A stretch of 64,000 nt of DNA, taken from positions 32,514 through 96,513 of IMG/VR virus record IMGVR_UViG_3300008113_000016, one strand, 5' to 3'. Below are positions 1 to 9,965 of this stretch, one piece after another. The position numbers were made by a program, and so were the translations under genes. Numbering within the stretch: position 1 is the first letter of the stretch; every line of letters starts with the position of its first letter. The notes below the pieces were generated by a model. That model saw only the letters and a program-made list of their open reading frames with translations. It did no database searches and was not told where the DNA came from. This stretch comes from a virus.

Positions 1-2
1 CT

Positions 3-2159
3 GCAACGGTACCAAACGTTGTTGGATTGACGGAAACTCAAGCAAAGTCTACTCTAACCACAAATTCTTTTGTTGGTGTTACAACAACAGAAACTTTGAC
101 AGCAGAGCAGTCATTAAACAATATAGTTTATGCACAATCTCCAAGTGGAGGAAACTCTGCTACAGTTTCTTCAAACGTTGCACTATCTGTTTACAGATGG
201 AATGGAAGTACCCCCGCACCAGTTACTACGACAACAACCACGACAACTGCTGCCCCAACAACCACAGCAGCACCTACTACATCTGCCCCAGGAACAACCT
301 CTGCTCCAAACCAAACATCTTCCGTAAGTAGTTTATCTCCTACAAGTGGGTCAACTGCTGGTGGTTATAGCGTTACAATTTATGGAACTTTTCCTACTCC
401 AATTACCAATATTTCGGTTGCTGGAACTAATATTGCTGTAAACAGTTGGAGCCAATCATCTTCTTCAATTTCTTTCCCAATGCCATCAAGATCTGCTGGT
501 ACTGTAGGAATTCAAGTCTTTAATGGACTGACCCCACTAATGTCTGAACTATCATTTACATATACATCTGGAACAACTGCTGCAACCAATGGACCAGTTC
601 CAAACGTAGTTGGACTTTCATATGATAGTGCATTTACAACACTTTATAATGCTGGTTTCCAGGTTGATGCCTCTGTTGCCAGTACAACTGTCGCTTCTAA
701 TGATCAAAAGGTTTACGCTCAAGCACCTTCTGGAAATAGCACAGCAACATATGGAACAACAGTTAATATTTATTTTTACCAATATAGTGGAACTACAACT
801 GCAGCACCTACATTAAAACTTTGTACTCAAGCAGATGTTAGTAACATTAACAATGCTTGTACTGTTGTAAATACTTGTAGATCATACGGAAACGGTGCTT
901 CTTGTACAACAGACCAAACTACAACTACTACAACAACTACTGCTGCTCCTTCAGGCGCAACATGGTACTGTACATACTCTGTTTGTAACCCATTCTCTGG
1001 ATATTATTCTACACAGCCATCAAACTATGGAACTTATTCAACGGATCAATCAACAACTTATGGTGGTGGAAGTTCTTACACTAAGATTGCTTGTAATACA
1101 ACCGCTTATAATATTTCTGCAGCAGCACAGGCTCCTTGCGAGTCAGTTGCTACTACCACTACAACTACAACAACTGCAGCCCCTACTACAACCACAACAA
1201 CGGCTGCTCCAACATATTATTATGCTTCTTGGTGTTCATATGGTCAATGCTACACTGACTATGTTTCTACAAGTTGCGCTACAATGAGAAACTTAGCAGA
1301 AGCAGATTCTGGTGGATCGTTTAGTGGATTTACATGCTCTACATCTGGATATCCACCATGCCCTGCTGCTTGTTCTGGAGGTCAAGTAACAACTACTACA
1401 ACCACAACAACAACCACAGCAGCACCAACAACATGGTATTGTACTTACTCTGTATGTCGTGGAACTTCTGGCGCATATATTACTAGCCCACAAGTTTATG
1501 GAACTTATTCTTCAAACCAAACGGCTACATCCTCTAGCGGTGGAAACACTACTAAGATTGTTTGCTATACAACTGGATACGATGTTACAGCAGCACAGCA
1601 ACCAGCATGCGAAGGATTTACCACTGCTGCACCAACTACAACCACAACAACTACTACATCTGCTTCTTGCGTTTGTGTATACTCTGATTATGGAACATAT
1701 TATTATTCACCACAGTGCTGTTCTTCTGGAGCACCAAGATCTGGTTCTTTAAGTGGGGTTACTTCTGGAGACTGCTGTCCTAACGTTAATAAGGCTACAA
1801 CTGCTGCTCCCACAACAACGGCTGCTCCTACAACCACTGCTGCACCAACTACAACTTCTGCATCTTGTGTTTGCGTCTATTCTGACTATGGAACATATTA
1901 CTTTGCTCCTCAATGCTGTCCAGCAGGTGCACCAAGATCTGGAGCATTAAGCGGAACAGCATCAGGATCATGTTGTCCAGATGTTGCAAAGGCTACATCA
2001 GCACCAGCCACAACTACAACAGCAGCACCTGCTACTACAACCACTGCTGCAGCGTCTGGAAGATTCTGTACTTCTGCTAATATTGCAAACCCATCAAATC
2101 CATGCTACAGTACATCTCAGTGCAGTTCACAAGGAAGCGGTAGTTTATGTTTCGTATAA
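3..2159 (+). CDS. 5'-partial PASTA + IPT/TIG-domain protein with Thr-rich mucin-like linkers and duplicated Cys-rich modules
   Basis: Frame open from base 3 (ATVPNVVGLTETQAK, a PASTA start); second PASTA VPNVVGLSYDSA; IPT-like VSSLSPTSGSTAGGYSVTIYG; TTTTAAP runs. Confidence 0.75.
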   Translation, partial: ATVPNVVGLTETQAKSTLTTNSFVGVTTTETLTAEQSLNNIVYAQSPSGGNSATVSSNVALSVYRWNGSTPAPVTTTTTTTTAAPTTTAAPTTSAPGTTSAPNQTSSVSSLSPTSGSTAGGYSVTIYGTFPTPITNISVAGTNIAVNSWSQSSSSISFPMPSRSAGTVGIQVFNGLTPLMSELSFTYTSGTTAATNGPVPNVVGLSYDSAFTTLYNAGFQVDASVASTTVASNDQKVYAQAPSGNSTATYGTTVNIYFYQYSGTTTAAPTLKLCTQADVSNINNACTVVNTCRSYGNGASCTTDQTTTTTTTTAAPSGATWYCTYSVCNPFSGYYSTQPSNYGTYSTDQSTTYGGGSSYTKIACNTTAYNISAAAQAPCESVATTTTTTTTAAPTTTTTTAAPTYYYASWCSYGQCYTDYVSTSCATMRNLAEADSGGSFSGFTCSTSGYPPCPAACSGGQVTTTTTTTTTTAAPTTWYCTYSVCRGTSGAYITSPQVYGTYSSNQTATSSSGGNTTKIVCYTTGYDVTAAQQPACEGFTTAAPTTTTTTTTSASCVCVYSDYGTYYYSPQCCSSGAPRSGSLSGVTSGDCCPNVNKATTAAPTTTAAPTTTAAPTTTSASCVCVYSDYGTYYFAPQCCPAGAPRSGALSGTASGSCCPDVAKATSAPATTTTAAPATTTTAAASGRFCTSANIANPSNPCYSTSQCSSQGSGSLCFV

Positions 2160-2175
2160 TTGAAAGGAGAAACAA

Positions 2176-2841
2176 ATGAAAGAAGTTCTAAGAATGCCTA
2201 ATCTAGTTGGACTAGATGTTGGTGCAGCAACCCAAATGCTAAACAGTTTTGGTTTTCAAAATGTAGAGTTTCAGCCAGTAATTCCAAAAGATCAAAACTC
2301 TACGATTAATATGGTTTATCACCAAAGCGTACAGTTTGATACAGACATTAAAGCATTTGACGCTATTACAGTTTACTATTACTATAAAGAAGAAAAGCCC
2401 AACGAGTACTATGCTTTTGTTGGAAAAGACACATTGGTAAACACAGTAACTGGAATGAAGTTTGTTTCAGACCTTATGGCAAAAGATGTTATTCTTTCTT
2501 TAAATGATCAGTCTTTAGCAAAAAGTGGACAGGCTCCAGAAGACCCAGTTTTAGGAGTAATCTATCAAGTTAAGCCTATAAGTTTTAAATGGTATTGGGC
2601 AATCAACGACATGACGGTTGGATATCAGCAAGAATTCCTTATAAAAAGAAATGGAATTTGGGCTTACATTATTGCTGACGATTTAAAAGTTGGAGACACA
2701 GGATTAAACTCAGAACTAGTAGAAACTCAGATAACTAGCAAGGTAAGAATAGATGCTCCAATTAGCGGATATCAATTGTTAATTGTTGACTCTAAGCCAA
2801 TCATTACGGAGTCATTTGTAATCAGAACAAGAACGGAGTAA
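2176..2841 (+). CDS. PASTA domain + degenerate Hint-like domain protein
   Basis: MPNLVGLDVGAA PASTA motif; C-terminal half has Hint-like spacing (ADDLKVGD, ITSKVRID) without catalytic residues. Confidence 0.6.
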   Translation: MKEVLRMPNLVGLDVGAATQMLNSFGFQNVEFQPVIPKDQNSTINMVYHQSVQFDTDIKAFDAITVYYYYKEEKPNEYYAFVGKDTLVNTVTGMKFVSDLMAKDVILSLNDQSLAKSGQAPEDPVLGVIYQVKPISFKWYWAINDMTVGYQQEFLIKRNGIWAYIIADDLKVGDTGLNSELVETQITSKVRIDAPISGYQLLIVDSKPIITESFVIRTRTE

Positions 2842-3825
2842 TTGATGAAGAAGTCTATCTTCATACAAATTCCTTCCTATAAGGACTACGAACTTGAACC
2901 TACAATTCTAGACTGTATCAATAAGTCTTCTGGCAAGTTTGATTTAAGGTTTGGAGTTTCTTTACTTGTTCATGGAAAAAACGATGTACCAGTTCCAAAG
3001 TTATCTAATGTTCATGTAACTAGATTAACATTTGATGATGGCTATGGTGTTGGATTTTCTAGAGCAAGGGCTAACGAATGGTATGCTGGAGAAGACTACT
3101 ACTTTCAAATTGATTCACATGAAAGGTTTAAACCAAACTGGGATCTATACCTAGTTTTAGAATTAGAAAGATTAAAAGCAAATGGATACAATAAGCCATT
3201 AATGTCTGGATACCCTCAGAATTATTGGTTTAATGATTATGGTATGCCAACATATTTTGATGATGACTATATAACTAGTTTTAAATTTGTAGATAAAAAT
3301 ATTACTCAATTTTCAGAAACAGGAGTGTTAGATCAAACTGCACACCTTAATGATAAAAGCAGAACAATCAGAGCAAGATCATCTTGTGCTGGAATGGTGT
3401 TTACTGTAGGAGACTACGGTCTTATAAAGCCAAATGAAAAGATTATGTTTTGGGGAGAAGAAAACCTACAGTCTGCAAGAGCAATCACTAATGGATTTAG
3501 TTTATTTACTCCTCAAAAGAATGTTGTTTACCATCAGTATTTTGCAAAGAGTGAAGAGAACAGAAGCCACAAAAGAAATAAAAGAGCGCATGTTTGGTCA
3601 GACCTAAGAGATCATGGATTTGACGACTGGCATCAAAAAGATGAGGCTGGAAAAGAGTATCTAGTTAATCTATTTAAAAACTGGGAGATAAGTCAAGAAG
3701 GACTAGGCAGCGTTGTAAGTAAAGAACTGTATACTCTATACACTGGGATAGATCACGACTTGCGTTCTTTGACAGAAGATGCTATAATGGGAACTGAACC
3801 AAACGACTTATTAAGGAATATATAA
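2842..3825 (+). CDS. GT60/Gnt1-like GlcNAc glycosyltransferase (GT-A fold)
   Basis: SIFIQIPSYKD, G.G.SRA, GEDYYFQIDSHERF..NWD and FWGEE motifs. Confidence 0.8.
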   Translation: MMKKSIFIQIPSYKDYELEPTILDCINKSSGKFDLRFGVSLLVHGKNDVPVPKLSNVHVTRLTFDDGYGVGFSRARANEWYAGEDYYFQIDSHERFKPNWDLYLVLELERLKANGYNKPLMSGYPQNYWFNDYGMPTYFDDDYITSFKFVDKNITQFSETGVLDQTAHLNDKSRTIRARSSCAGMVFTVGDYGLIKPNEKIMFWGEENLQSARAITNGFSLFTPQKNVVYHQYFAKSEENRSHKRNKRAHVWSDLRDHGFDDWHQKDEAGKEYLVNLFKNWEISQEGLGSVVSKELYTLYTGIDHDLRSLTEDAIMGTEPNDLLRNI

Positions 3826-4007
3826 TGGAAACAAACCGATATGAACTAGTAATCACAGCACTACAGCAGCGAATTGGGGAGATAGTGGCAAACTATGAAA
3901 CCCAGATTGCAATTCTTAGGGCTGAGTTAACAGCAGTAACTGCACCAGCAGAAGAAGAAACTAAGGTTGTTGAAACAACTGATAAAAAGGGGAGTGCTAA
4001 GAAGTAA
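3825..4007 (+). CDS. small coiled-coil hypothetical protein
   Basis: ORF with RBS, coupled to neighbours. Confidence 0.6.
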   Translation: METNRYELVITALQQRIGEIVANYETQIAILRAELTAVTAPAEEETKVVETTDKKGSAKK

Positions 4008-4414
4008 TGTCTTTTACTGATGGAACACCAATTACCTTTTCGTTTATTGAAAAGATTCAAAATGAGTTAAATAAGATTATTGGAAACATTGGCTCTAAGA
4101 GCATTCCAAAGATCTTTATCAATGGAACGATGGTAAAAGATCCACAGATTCTATCTAGACGAGTAGACATTAAGGCACCAGCAAAAACATTAGTATTTGA
4201 ATATAGAGTTAACTTTACAGATGCTGCATTTCAAACTAATCCAAATGTCACAATAACACTTCAGCACCCTAAGTATCGTGCATATGCTTCAATCACACAA
4301 ATTACCCCTGCATCGTTTCAGGGATTTATTACAGTATCACCACCAACAGAAAAGGCTACAGGTATTGACACATCAGTACCATTTGTGCTAAACTATATCG
4401 CTGTAGGATCATAA
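4007..4414 (+). CDS. hypothetical protein, H-type-lectin-like tail-associated fold possible
   Basis: VNFTDAAFQTNPNVTIT...LNYIAVG pattern. Confidence 0.45.
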   Translation: MSFTDGTPITFSFIEKIQNELNKIIGNIGSKSIPKIFINGTMVKDPQILSRRVDIKAPAKTLVFEYRVNFTDAAFQTNPNVTITLQHPKYRAYASITQITPASFQGFITVSPPTEKATGIDTSVPFVLNYIAVGS

Positions 4415-4422
4415 TTAAATAA

Positions 4423-4677
4423 ATGAATAAAGGCGGATACGTTCTCGTAAACGCCCCTAATCATCCTAGAAGACATAAGGATGGAAAATATTGGCAACAC
4501 ATAATTGTTTGTGAACAGATTCTCGGAAGGCAACTTCGCAGATGGGAATCTGTTCATCACATTAATGAGATAAAGAATGATAATAGACCAGAAAACTTAT
4601 TTGTTTGTTCAAGGAAAGAGCATGACAAGGCTCATAACATGCAACCAAATAAAAAAAGAAAGAATTGCAAGAAGTAA
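4423..4677 (+). CDS. HNH endonuclease (HNH_3 type)
   Basis: VHHINEIKNDNRPENL...H motif. Confidence 0.85.
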   Translation: MNKGGYVLVNAPNHPRRHKDGKYWQHIIVCEQILGRQLRRWESVHHINEIKNDNRPENLFVCSRKEHDKAHNMQPNKKRKNCKK

Positions 4678-4717
4678 AAACTTCTGCTACAATACGCTAA
4701 TTACAGAAAGGTAATTA

Positions 4718-5518
4718 ATGAGTAACGATTTAAAATGGATGCTGTCGTCTGATCAGCAATTTCCTTATCAGGACGATAAAGCCATTGAGTTGTGGTTTAA
4801 AGTCCTAAAATGGTTTAAGCCAGATGTAGTTGATTATCTTGGAGACACAGATGATCAGGCTTGTTACAGCAAGTATACTGAGGGAAGATCAGCAGAGTTC
4901 TTAAACCTACATAAGACTGACAGTCGAGACCTTATTGTTCCCATGATGAGACATGAGGCGAAAGGCGCAAGAGATTTTTATACAAAGACTCGTGAGATGC
5001 TTCCAGATGCACAATTGTTTTCTGCGTTGGGAAATCACGACGTAAGAATTTTTGATTATTTAGACAAAAAGTTACCAGAATACATTTCAGAAGTAACTCC
5101 AGAATCTTTGTGGTCTTTGGACTCCTTGGGATACGAATACATTTACTACAACGAATTGCCAAAGCGTCGCTTTGGAGATATTCACGTTCATCACGGATTG
5201 TCTGTTTCGGATACAGGTGCTGTTCGTAAAGACATGAATGATCTACAGATTTCTTTGATCCGTGGACACTCACATAGAATTGCTTCACACTTACAAACAT
5301 ACGAGTTGCGTAATAATGGAGAGGGCGAAACTATCCGTGGATATGAAATCGGGCACATGTGCGATGAGAAGGGTCCAGGAATGAAGTATACCCAACACCA
5401 TGATTGGCAAAAGGGGTTTGCTATTGCACACATTGTAAATGATTATCCACATATTCAGATGATTCATATTGCACCAGATTATTCATGTGTTGTAGATGGA
5501 AAGGTGTTTAAGGTTTGA
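4718..5518 (+). CDS. calcineurin-like metallophosphoesterase
   Basis: SD.Q, LGD..D, GNHD, HHG, GHSH motifs. Confidence 0.85.
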   Translation: MSNDLKWMLSSDQQFPYQDDKAIELWFKVLKWFKPDVVDYLGDTDDQACYSKYTEGRSAEFLNLHKTDSRDLIVPMMRHEAKGARDFYTKTREMLPDAQLFSALGNHDVRIFDYLDKKLPEYISEVTPESLWSLDSLGYEYIYYNELPKRRFGDIHVHHGLSVSDTGAVRKDMNDLQISLIRGHSHRIASHLQTYELRNNGEGETIRGYEIGHMCDEKGPGMKYTQHHDWQKGFAIAHIVNDYPHIQMIHIAPDYSCVVDGKVFKV

Positions 5519-5730
5519 TCAATATGTATTGTGGAAGATGTTCCACCAAAGAAAGAAAAAGCAGGGTGTTTGTTGACCGTGTGTTTACCTCTCAACTGCA
5601 CCTAGAAATGTATTGCCTTACTTGTGGTAAGAGATGGATGTTTCATCCACCAGAGGCTGGAGGAAGACTGGCTCTTCGTGTAATGGCACTTGAGCAGAAG
5701 TTCTTGAATGGAAGTAGTCAGGGACGATGA
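5515..5730 (+). CDS. Zn-ribbon protein
   Basis: CxxC...CxxC. Confidence 0.6.
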   Translation: MINMYCGRCSTKERKSRVFVDRVFTSQLHLEMYCLTCGKRWMFHPPEAGGRLALRVMALEQKFLNGSSQGR

Positions 5731-6224
5731 AAGGTATCTCACCACACTTTACTCAATACAGAAGATACTTCTTCTTAAATGGTAAATTACATAAAATGAT
5801 TTATGTTGACAAGGCTCAAAATCTTTGTCATGCTCTTTTGCTAGAGGATAATAAGTTAATGTCGTATATTTACTCTGACGTAAAGAAGATGCATAAAAAA
5901 GCATTTACTATTGGTGAGGTTGCATTATTGGTTAATCGACACAAGAATAGAATTAGAGAGGCTATGGATAACGACTCCTTGCCTTTTCCTCAATCTATTC
6001 CAGGTAAGAGAAAAACTTACATGTGGAGTGAAGACGAAGTTTTAGATGTAAGAGATTATTTTGCAAGCGTTCACAGAGGCAGACCAAGAAAAGATGGAAT
6101 ATCAAAGTCTTGGAATGTTCCAACCATAGAGGAGTTAAGGTCAAAGATGTTAAGGGAAACCACCTTGTATGTTCAAAACGATGAGGGTAAGTTTATCCCT
6201 TTGTGGAAAGCAGAGGGTTTCTAG
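5727..6224 (+). CDS. MerR-like HTH DNA-binding protein
   Basis: FTIGEVALLVNRH..., RGRPRK. Confidence 0.55.
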   Translation: MKGISPHFTQYRRYFFLNGKLHKMIYVDKAQNLCHALLLEDNKLMSYIYSDVKKMHKKAFTIGEVALLVNRHKNRIREAMDNDSLPFPQSIPGKRKTYMWSEDEVLDVRDYFASVHRGRPRKDGISKSWNVPTIEELRSKMLRETTLYVQNDEGKFIPLWKAEGF

Positions 6225-6565
6225 TGGGAATACTTGATAACCTAGAAGCGTACCTTGAACACGATAATCAAAGCGCACAGTTAGAGTTAAACTTTGATGA
6301 AGAGCAAGACTTAGGGGATATGGAAGAAGATGAAGAACTAATTGAATTAGATCGTGACTCTTTGCTTGGGGCAGCAGTCAACACTTTATCTTTGGCTACA
6401 GACTATGCAAACTCTAAAAATGATTACAATGCATTGGCAAGAATATCAGATAGGTGGCTAAAAGCAGCAATGGTATTAGAGGGAATGGGCAAGCAAGAAA
6501 CAAAGAAGTATCCATTAGGATTTCAAGCATTAGATTCGGAGGACGATGATGAAGGAGACAACTAA
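6203..6565 (+). CDS. acidic hypothetical protein
   Basis: ORF in operon; true start uncertain. Confidence 0.55.
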   Translation: MESRGFLVGILDNLEAYLEHDNQSAQLELNFDEEQDLGDMEEDEELIELDRDSLLGAAVNTLSLATDYANSKNDYNALARISDRWLKAAMVLEGMGKQETKKYPLGFQALDSEDDDEGDN

Positions 6566-6761
6566 GGTTCGTGTTGGACTAAAGTATGTAAGAAACTTAG
6601 GAAACTATGAAAGCATACACGTTGATATTGGCATAGAAGACTGGGTAAGAGATTCAGATCAAGGAACCTCTTCAGCAGTTGACAGGGTTTATGCGTTTGT
6701 AGAAGGAAAACTACTTGAGAAGATGAAGAGTATTGAGGAGGAAATTAATCATGTCGTTTAA
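6546..6761 (+). CDS. conserved phage hypothetical protein
   Basis: NLGNYES motif typical of small phage replication-region proteins. Confidence 0.6.
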   Translation: MMKETTKVRVGLKYVRNLGNYESIHVDIGIEDWVRDSDQGTSSAVDRVYAFVEGKLLEKMKSIEEEINHVV

Positions 6762-7971
6762 AGAAGAAGCAGAGGTAATCTCTGCAGTATGCAAGAATAA
6801 AGATATTTATGTTCTTTACGAGAACAACGTAGATCCAATGATGACAAATTGTGGGGATATGTGGTCTTTTATTAAGGATTACTATAACGAAACAAAAAGC
6901 GTTCCAAATGTAGACTTAATTCAGTCAAGATTTAAAGATTTTACCCCAGTAGAATCAGGACCTACAATCTATCATGTAAACAGATTAAAAGAAGTGTATC
7001 TTGCAGATGCTTTAAAAAATGTATTAAGAAAGTCTGCTAACTTTGTTCAGTCTGGAGAAAACTCTTCTGCCCTTAATCTTTTGAGTTCAGAGGTTTCTAA
7101 CATTGCTAGAATTACATCTCGTGTTAAAGACGTTGACGTTACAGACATTGATGATGCGGTTGCCCACTTTGACTACGTTCAAAAGATGGCAGCAGAAGGT
7201 CGTGTTGGAATCAGAACTGGAATTAAATCACTAGACATATGCTTGCCTATGGGAATTGCTGACGGTCAACTTGGAATTATGCTTGCGTATCCAGCAATTG
7301 GAAAGTCTTGGCTGGCACTGCATCTTGCAGCACAGGCATGGAAGGTTGGCAAGAAGCCAATGATCATTAGTCTTGAAATGACTGAGAAAGAAGTTAGAAA
7401 TAGAATCTATACAATTCTTGGTGATGGAAAATGGTCTCATAGAAAGTTAAGTTCTGGAGATGTTGACAGAGAAGAGTTTGCAGCGTGGGCAGATGAAAAT
7501 CTAAAGGATAAGCCTAAGTTTAAGATTATTTCTATGGACGGAGAAAGTGCTATGACACCAAATCTAGTTCGTGGAAAGATTGATCAATACAAGCCAGATA
7601 TTGTATTTATTGACTACCTACAATTAATGACAGATAATGGAAACACTTCTGGTAGCGAAGTCATTAAGGTTAAGAACCTTTCAAGAGAACTTAAACTATT
7701 AGCAATATCATGCAACTTACCAGTTGTAGCCATTACGTCTGCAACCCCAGACGATGCACAAGACCTAGAATCTGTACCACAATTAGGTCAGGTTGCTTGG
7801 TCAAAACAGATTGCGTATGATGCAGACTGGATTTTGGCTATGGGAAGAAAAGCACATAGTACTGCACTAGAGGTCGCTTTTAGAAAGAATAGAAACGGTT
7901 CTTTAGGAGACTTTATTATGAATGTAGACTTTGACTCTGGAAGATTTAAAGAAGTATTTGATATATCATAA
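6751..7971 (+). CDS. dnaB: replicative DnaB-like helicase
   Basis: Walker A AYPAIGKS, SLEM, IDYLQLM, KNRNG; start moved to ATG 6751 after GAGGAGG. Confidence 0.93.
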   Translation: MSFKEEAEVISAVCKNKDIYVLYENNVDPMMTNCGDMWSFIKDYYNETKSVPNVDLIQSRFKDFTPVESGPTIYHVNRLKEVYLADALKNVLRKSANFVQSGENSSALNLLSSEVSNIARITSRVKDVDVTDIDDAVAHFDYVQKMAAEGRVGIRTGIKSLDICLPMGIADGQLGIMLAYPAIGKSWLALHLAAQAWKVGKKPMIISLEMTEKEVRNRIYTILGDGKWSHRKLSSGDVDREEFAAWADENLKDKPKFKIISMDGESAMTPNLVRGKIDQYKPDIVFIDYLQLMTDNGNTSGSEVIKVKNLSRELKLLAISCNLPVVAITSATPDDAQDLESVPQLGQVAWSKQIAYDADWILAMGRKAHSTALEVAFRKNRNGSLGDFIMNVDFDSGRFKEVFDIS

Positions 7972-7992
7972 GGGGGGTATAATTGTTATGGA

Positions 7993-8340
7993 ATGGAATT
8001 CATACAGCCCAAGAACCTTAAGATGTTTATGTACGAAGGAGAGTACTCAGATGAGTCTGACGTTATCAGGCTCAAGGCTCAATATGAAAAACTATTGATC
8101 TCCTATATGAGGTCTAAAGGATATCTGAGACAGATTGACTTAGATCCAGTCTATACTGTAGACTATAACGGTAAGACTTTTAAGTTTGAATTATTTATGT
8201 ATGGCATTTATGTCGGAAAGAGAAGGTCACAGTGTTACCAGTTCGTAATGGGAACAAGGCTTATACCGATGAGCAATTTACCGCAGAGCAAGTTAAATCA
8301 GTGTTGCAAGAATGCGGAATCAGTATTGGGTCGGAATTAG
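7993..8340 (+). CDS. hypothetical protein
   Basis: ORF after a TATAAT element, overlaps primase start. Confidence 0.6.
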   Translation: MEFIQPKNLKMFMYEGEYSDESDVIRLKAQYEKLLISYMRSKGYLRQIDLDPVYTVDYNGKTFKFELFMYGIYVGKRRSQCYQFVMGTRLIPMSNLPQSKLNQCCKNAESVLGRN

Positions 8341-9191
8341 AGACTCATTATTTAATTTATTGTCCATTTCACTATAACGTCAATACCCCTGCTTGTGAAG
8401 TAGATAAGACAAAGGGTTTGTTTATTTGTTTTTCTTGTAATGAAAAGGGAAGCCTATTTGATATTGTCACAAAGACAACAGGCAGAAAGTATTTTGAGGC
8501 TAGACGGTTTATTAATGGCAAGTCTACAGAAACTGTTAATATTGCAGAGACAATTGAGACAAACGTTGAGCCAATGCCAGAGTTTCAACCTTTTGATATG
8601 GAGTTGATTAACTCACTGCACGAACAACTGTTAAAGTCTGATAGGGCTAAGTCTTATCTTTATAACAGAGGGATAAACGACTTTGGTATCAAAAACTTTT
8701 TAGTAGGTTACTCTGAAAAGCAAGATATGATTACAGTTCCAGTATATAGTCCAGAAGGATTATGTGTTGGATTTGTTGGAAGATCCATAGAAGGAAAAGT
8801 TTTTAAGAATAGTATAAATCTGCCAAGAAACAAAACATTGTTTAATTTATCAAACGTAAAGTACACTTCAGATGTTGTGGTTGTAGAATCAAGTTTTGAT
8901 TGTATTAGGCTGTGGCAGTTGGGTATCCCTGCTGTGGCTACACTAGGGGCAATGATTGGCTCAAGGCAGATATCTTTAATGTCTAAGTATTTAGAGACAA
9001 TGATTTTGGCTATGGATCATGACGATGCAGGCAAGTCTTTAGAGAATAAGATTAAACAAGCATTACCTAACAAAAGCATATCCTCAATGGAGTTTCCAGA
9101 TAACTACAAGGACGTTGGGGCTATGTCAGATGAAAGCATTAAGCATTACTGGCGCAAGTCCTCTGAATTTGACGAACTGCTTTCTTTTTGA
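8232..9191 (+). CDS. dnaG: DNA primase (CHC2 Zn finger + TOPRIM)
   Basis: CPFH...CFSC; VVVESSFD; DHDDAG; KDVG. Confidence 0.92.
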   Translation: MLPVRNGNKAYTDEQFTAEQVKSVLQECGISIGSELETHYLIYCPFHYNVNTPACEVDKTKGLFICFSCNEKGSLFDIVTKTTGRKYFEARRFINGKSTETVNIAETIETNVEPMPEFQPFDMELINSLHEQLLKSDRAKSYLYNRGINDFGIKNFLVGYSEKQDMITVPVYSPEGLCVGFVGRSIEGKVFKNSINLPRNKTLFNLSNVKYTSDVVVVESSFDCIRLWQLGIPAVATLGAMIGSRQISLMSKYLETMILAMDHDDAGKSLENKIKQALPNKSISSMEFPDNYKDVGAMSDESIKHYWRKSSEFDELLSF

Positions 9192-9246
9192 TATAATAGT
9201 ATCAACAGGCTCACTTATAGAGCCAACTACTTAAGGAGTATAAATT

Positions 9247-9906
9247 ATGGCTGTAATTACAGGTCTCAAGAATATCCAAAAGGTTATTGAGAAACCAAAG
9301 GGTGCAATGGATGCACCAAAAGCAACTTGGCTAAAACTAGAAGATGGTCAAGGAATCAAAGTACGTTTTATTAACGAAGTAGACGGAGACTCAAAGTTTT
9401 ACGATGAAAATCGTGGTCTTGCTATTGTCGTTGCTGAACACACAAATCCAAAAGATTATCGTCGAAAGGCTGTTTGCACTATGGACGACGAAGGTCGTTG
9501 CTATGGTTGCGAAATGGCTAGAAAAGAACCAAAGACTGGCTGGAAGGCACGTCTACGCTTTTACTGTAACGTTCTTGTTGACGATGGTAACAAGGATCCG
9601 TATGTTGCAATTTGGTCACAAGGTGTTGGTCCAAAGGTAACAAGCACAAATACAATCTTTGAATACGCATCCGACAACGGATCAATTTCAAATTTGATTT
9701 GGCGTTTAAAAAGAAATGGAACTGGAACACAAACAAATTATGTTCTAATTCCTATTGCACCAGACACAGAAACATTTGATTGGTCTGGAATTGAACCGTA
9801 TGACTTGCAAAAGTCTGCAATTAGAAATGTAAACTATCCAGATCAAGAATCATTCTACATGGGCTTGATCGAAGATACAACAACCTCTACTGCTGTAGAT
9901 TGGTAA
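9247..9906 (+). CDS. phage single-stranded DNA-binding protein (gp32-like)
   Basis: LKLEDGQ..VRF, Zn ligands H..C..C..C, RNGTGTQTNY, acidic C-terminus; between primase and polymerase. Confidence 0.75.
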   Translation: MAVITGLKNIQKVIEKPKGAMDAPKATWLKLEDGQGIKVRFINEVDGDSKFYDENRGLAIVVAEHTNPKDYRRKAVCTMDDEGRCYGCEMARKEPKTGWKARLRFYCNVLVDDGNKDPYVAIWSQGVGPKVTSTNTIFEYASDNGSISNLIWRLKRNGTGTQTNYVLIPIAPDTETFDWSGIEPYDLQKSAIRNVNYPDQESFYMGLIEDTTTSTAVDW

Positions 9907-9913
9907 AAGATTG

Positions 9914-9943
9914 GGTGGGGAGTTTAGCCATTTACTCCCCACC
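9914..9943 (+). terminator. GC-rich hairpin between SSB and dnaE (terminator or stability element)
   Basis: GGTGGGGAGT / ACTCCCCACC 10-bp inverted repeat, no strong U-tract. Confidence 0.5.
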
Positions 9944-9965
9944 TAACACAAACAGATAGGAAGAC

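Noticed and set aside
130-2163. Gln/Leu-rich alternative-frame ORFs
   Set aside because: Frame-shift shadows of the ACA/ACT threonine runs
2176-2841. Active intein
   Set aside because: No Cys/Ser1, block-B His or terminal Asn, and no host extein context
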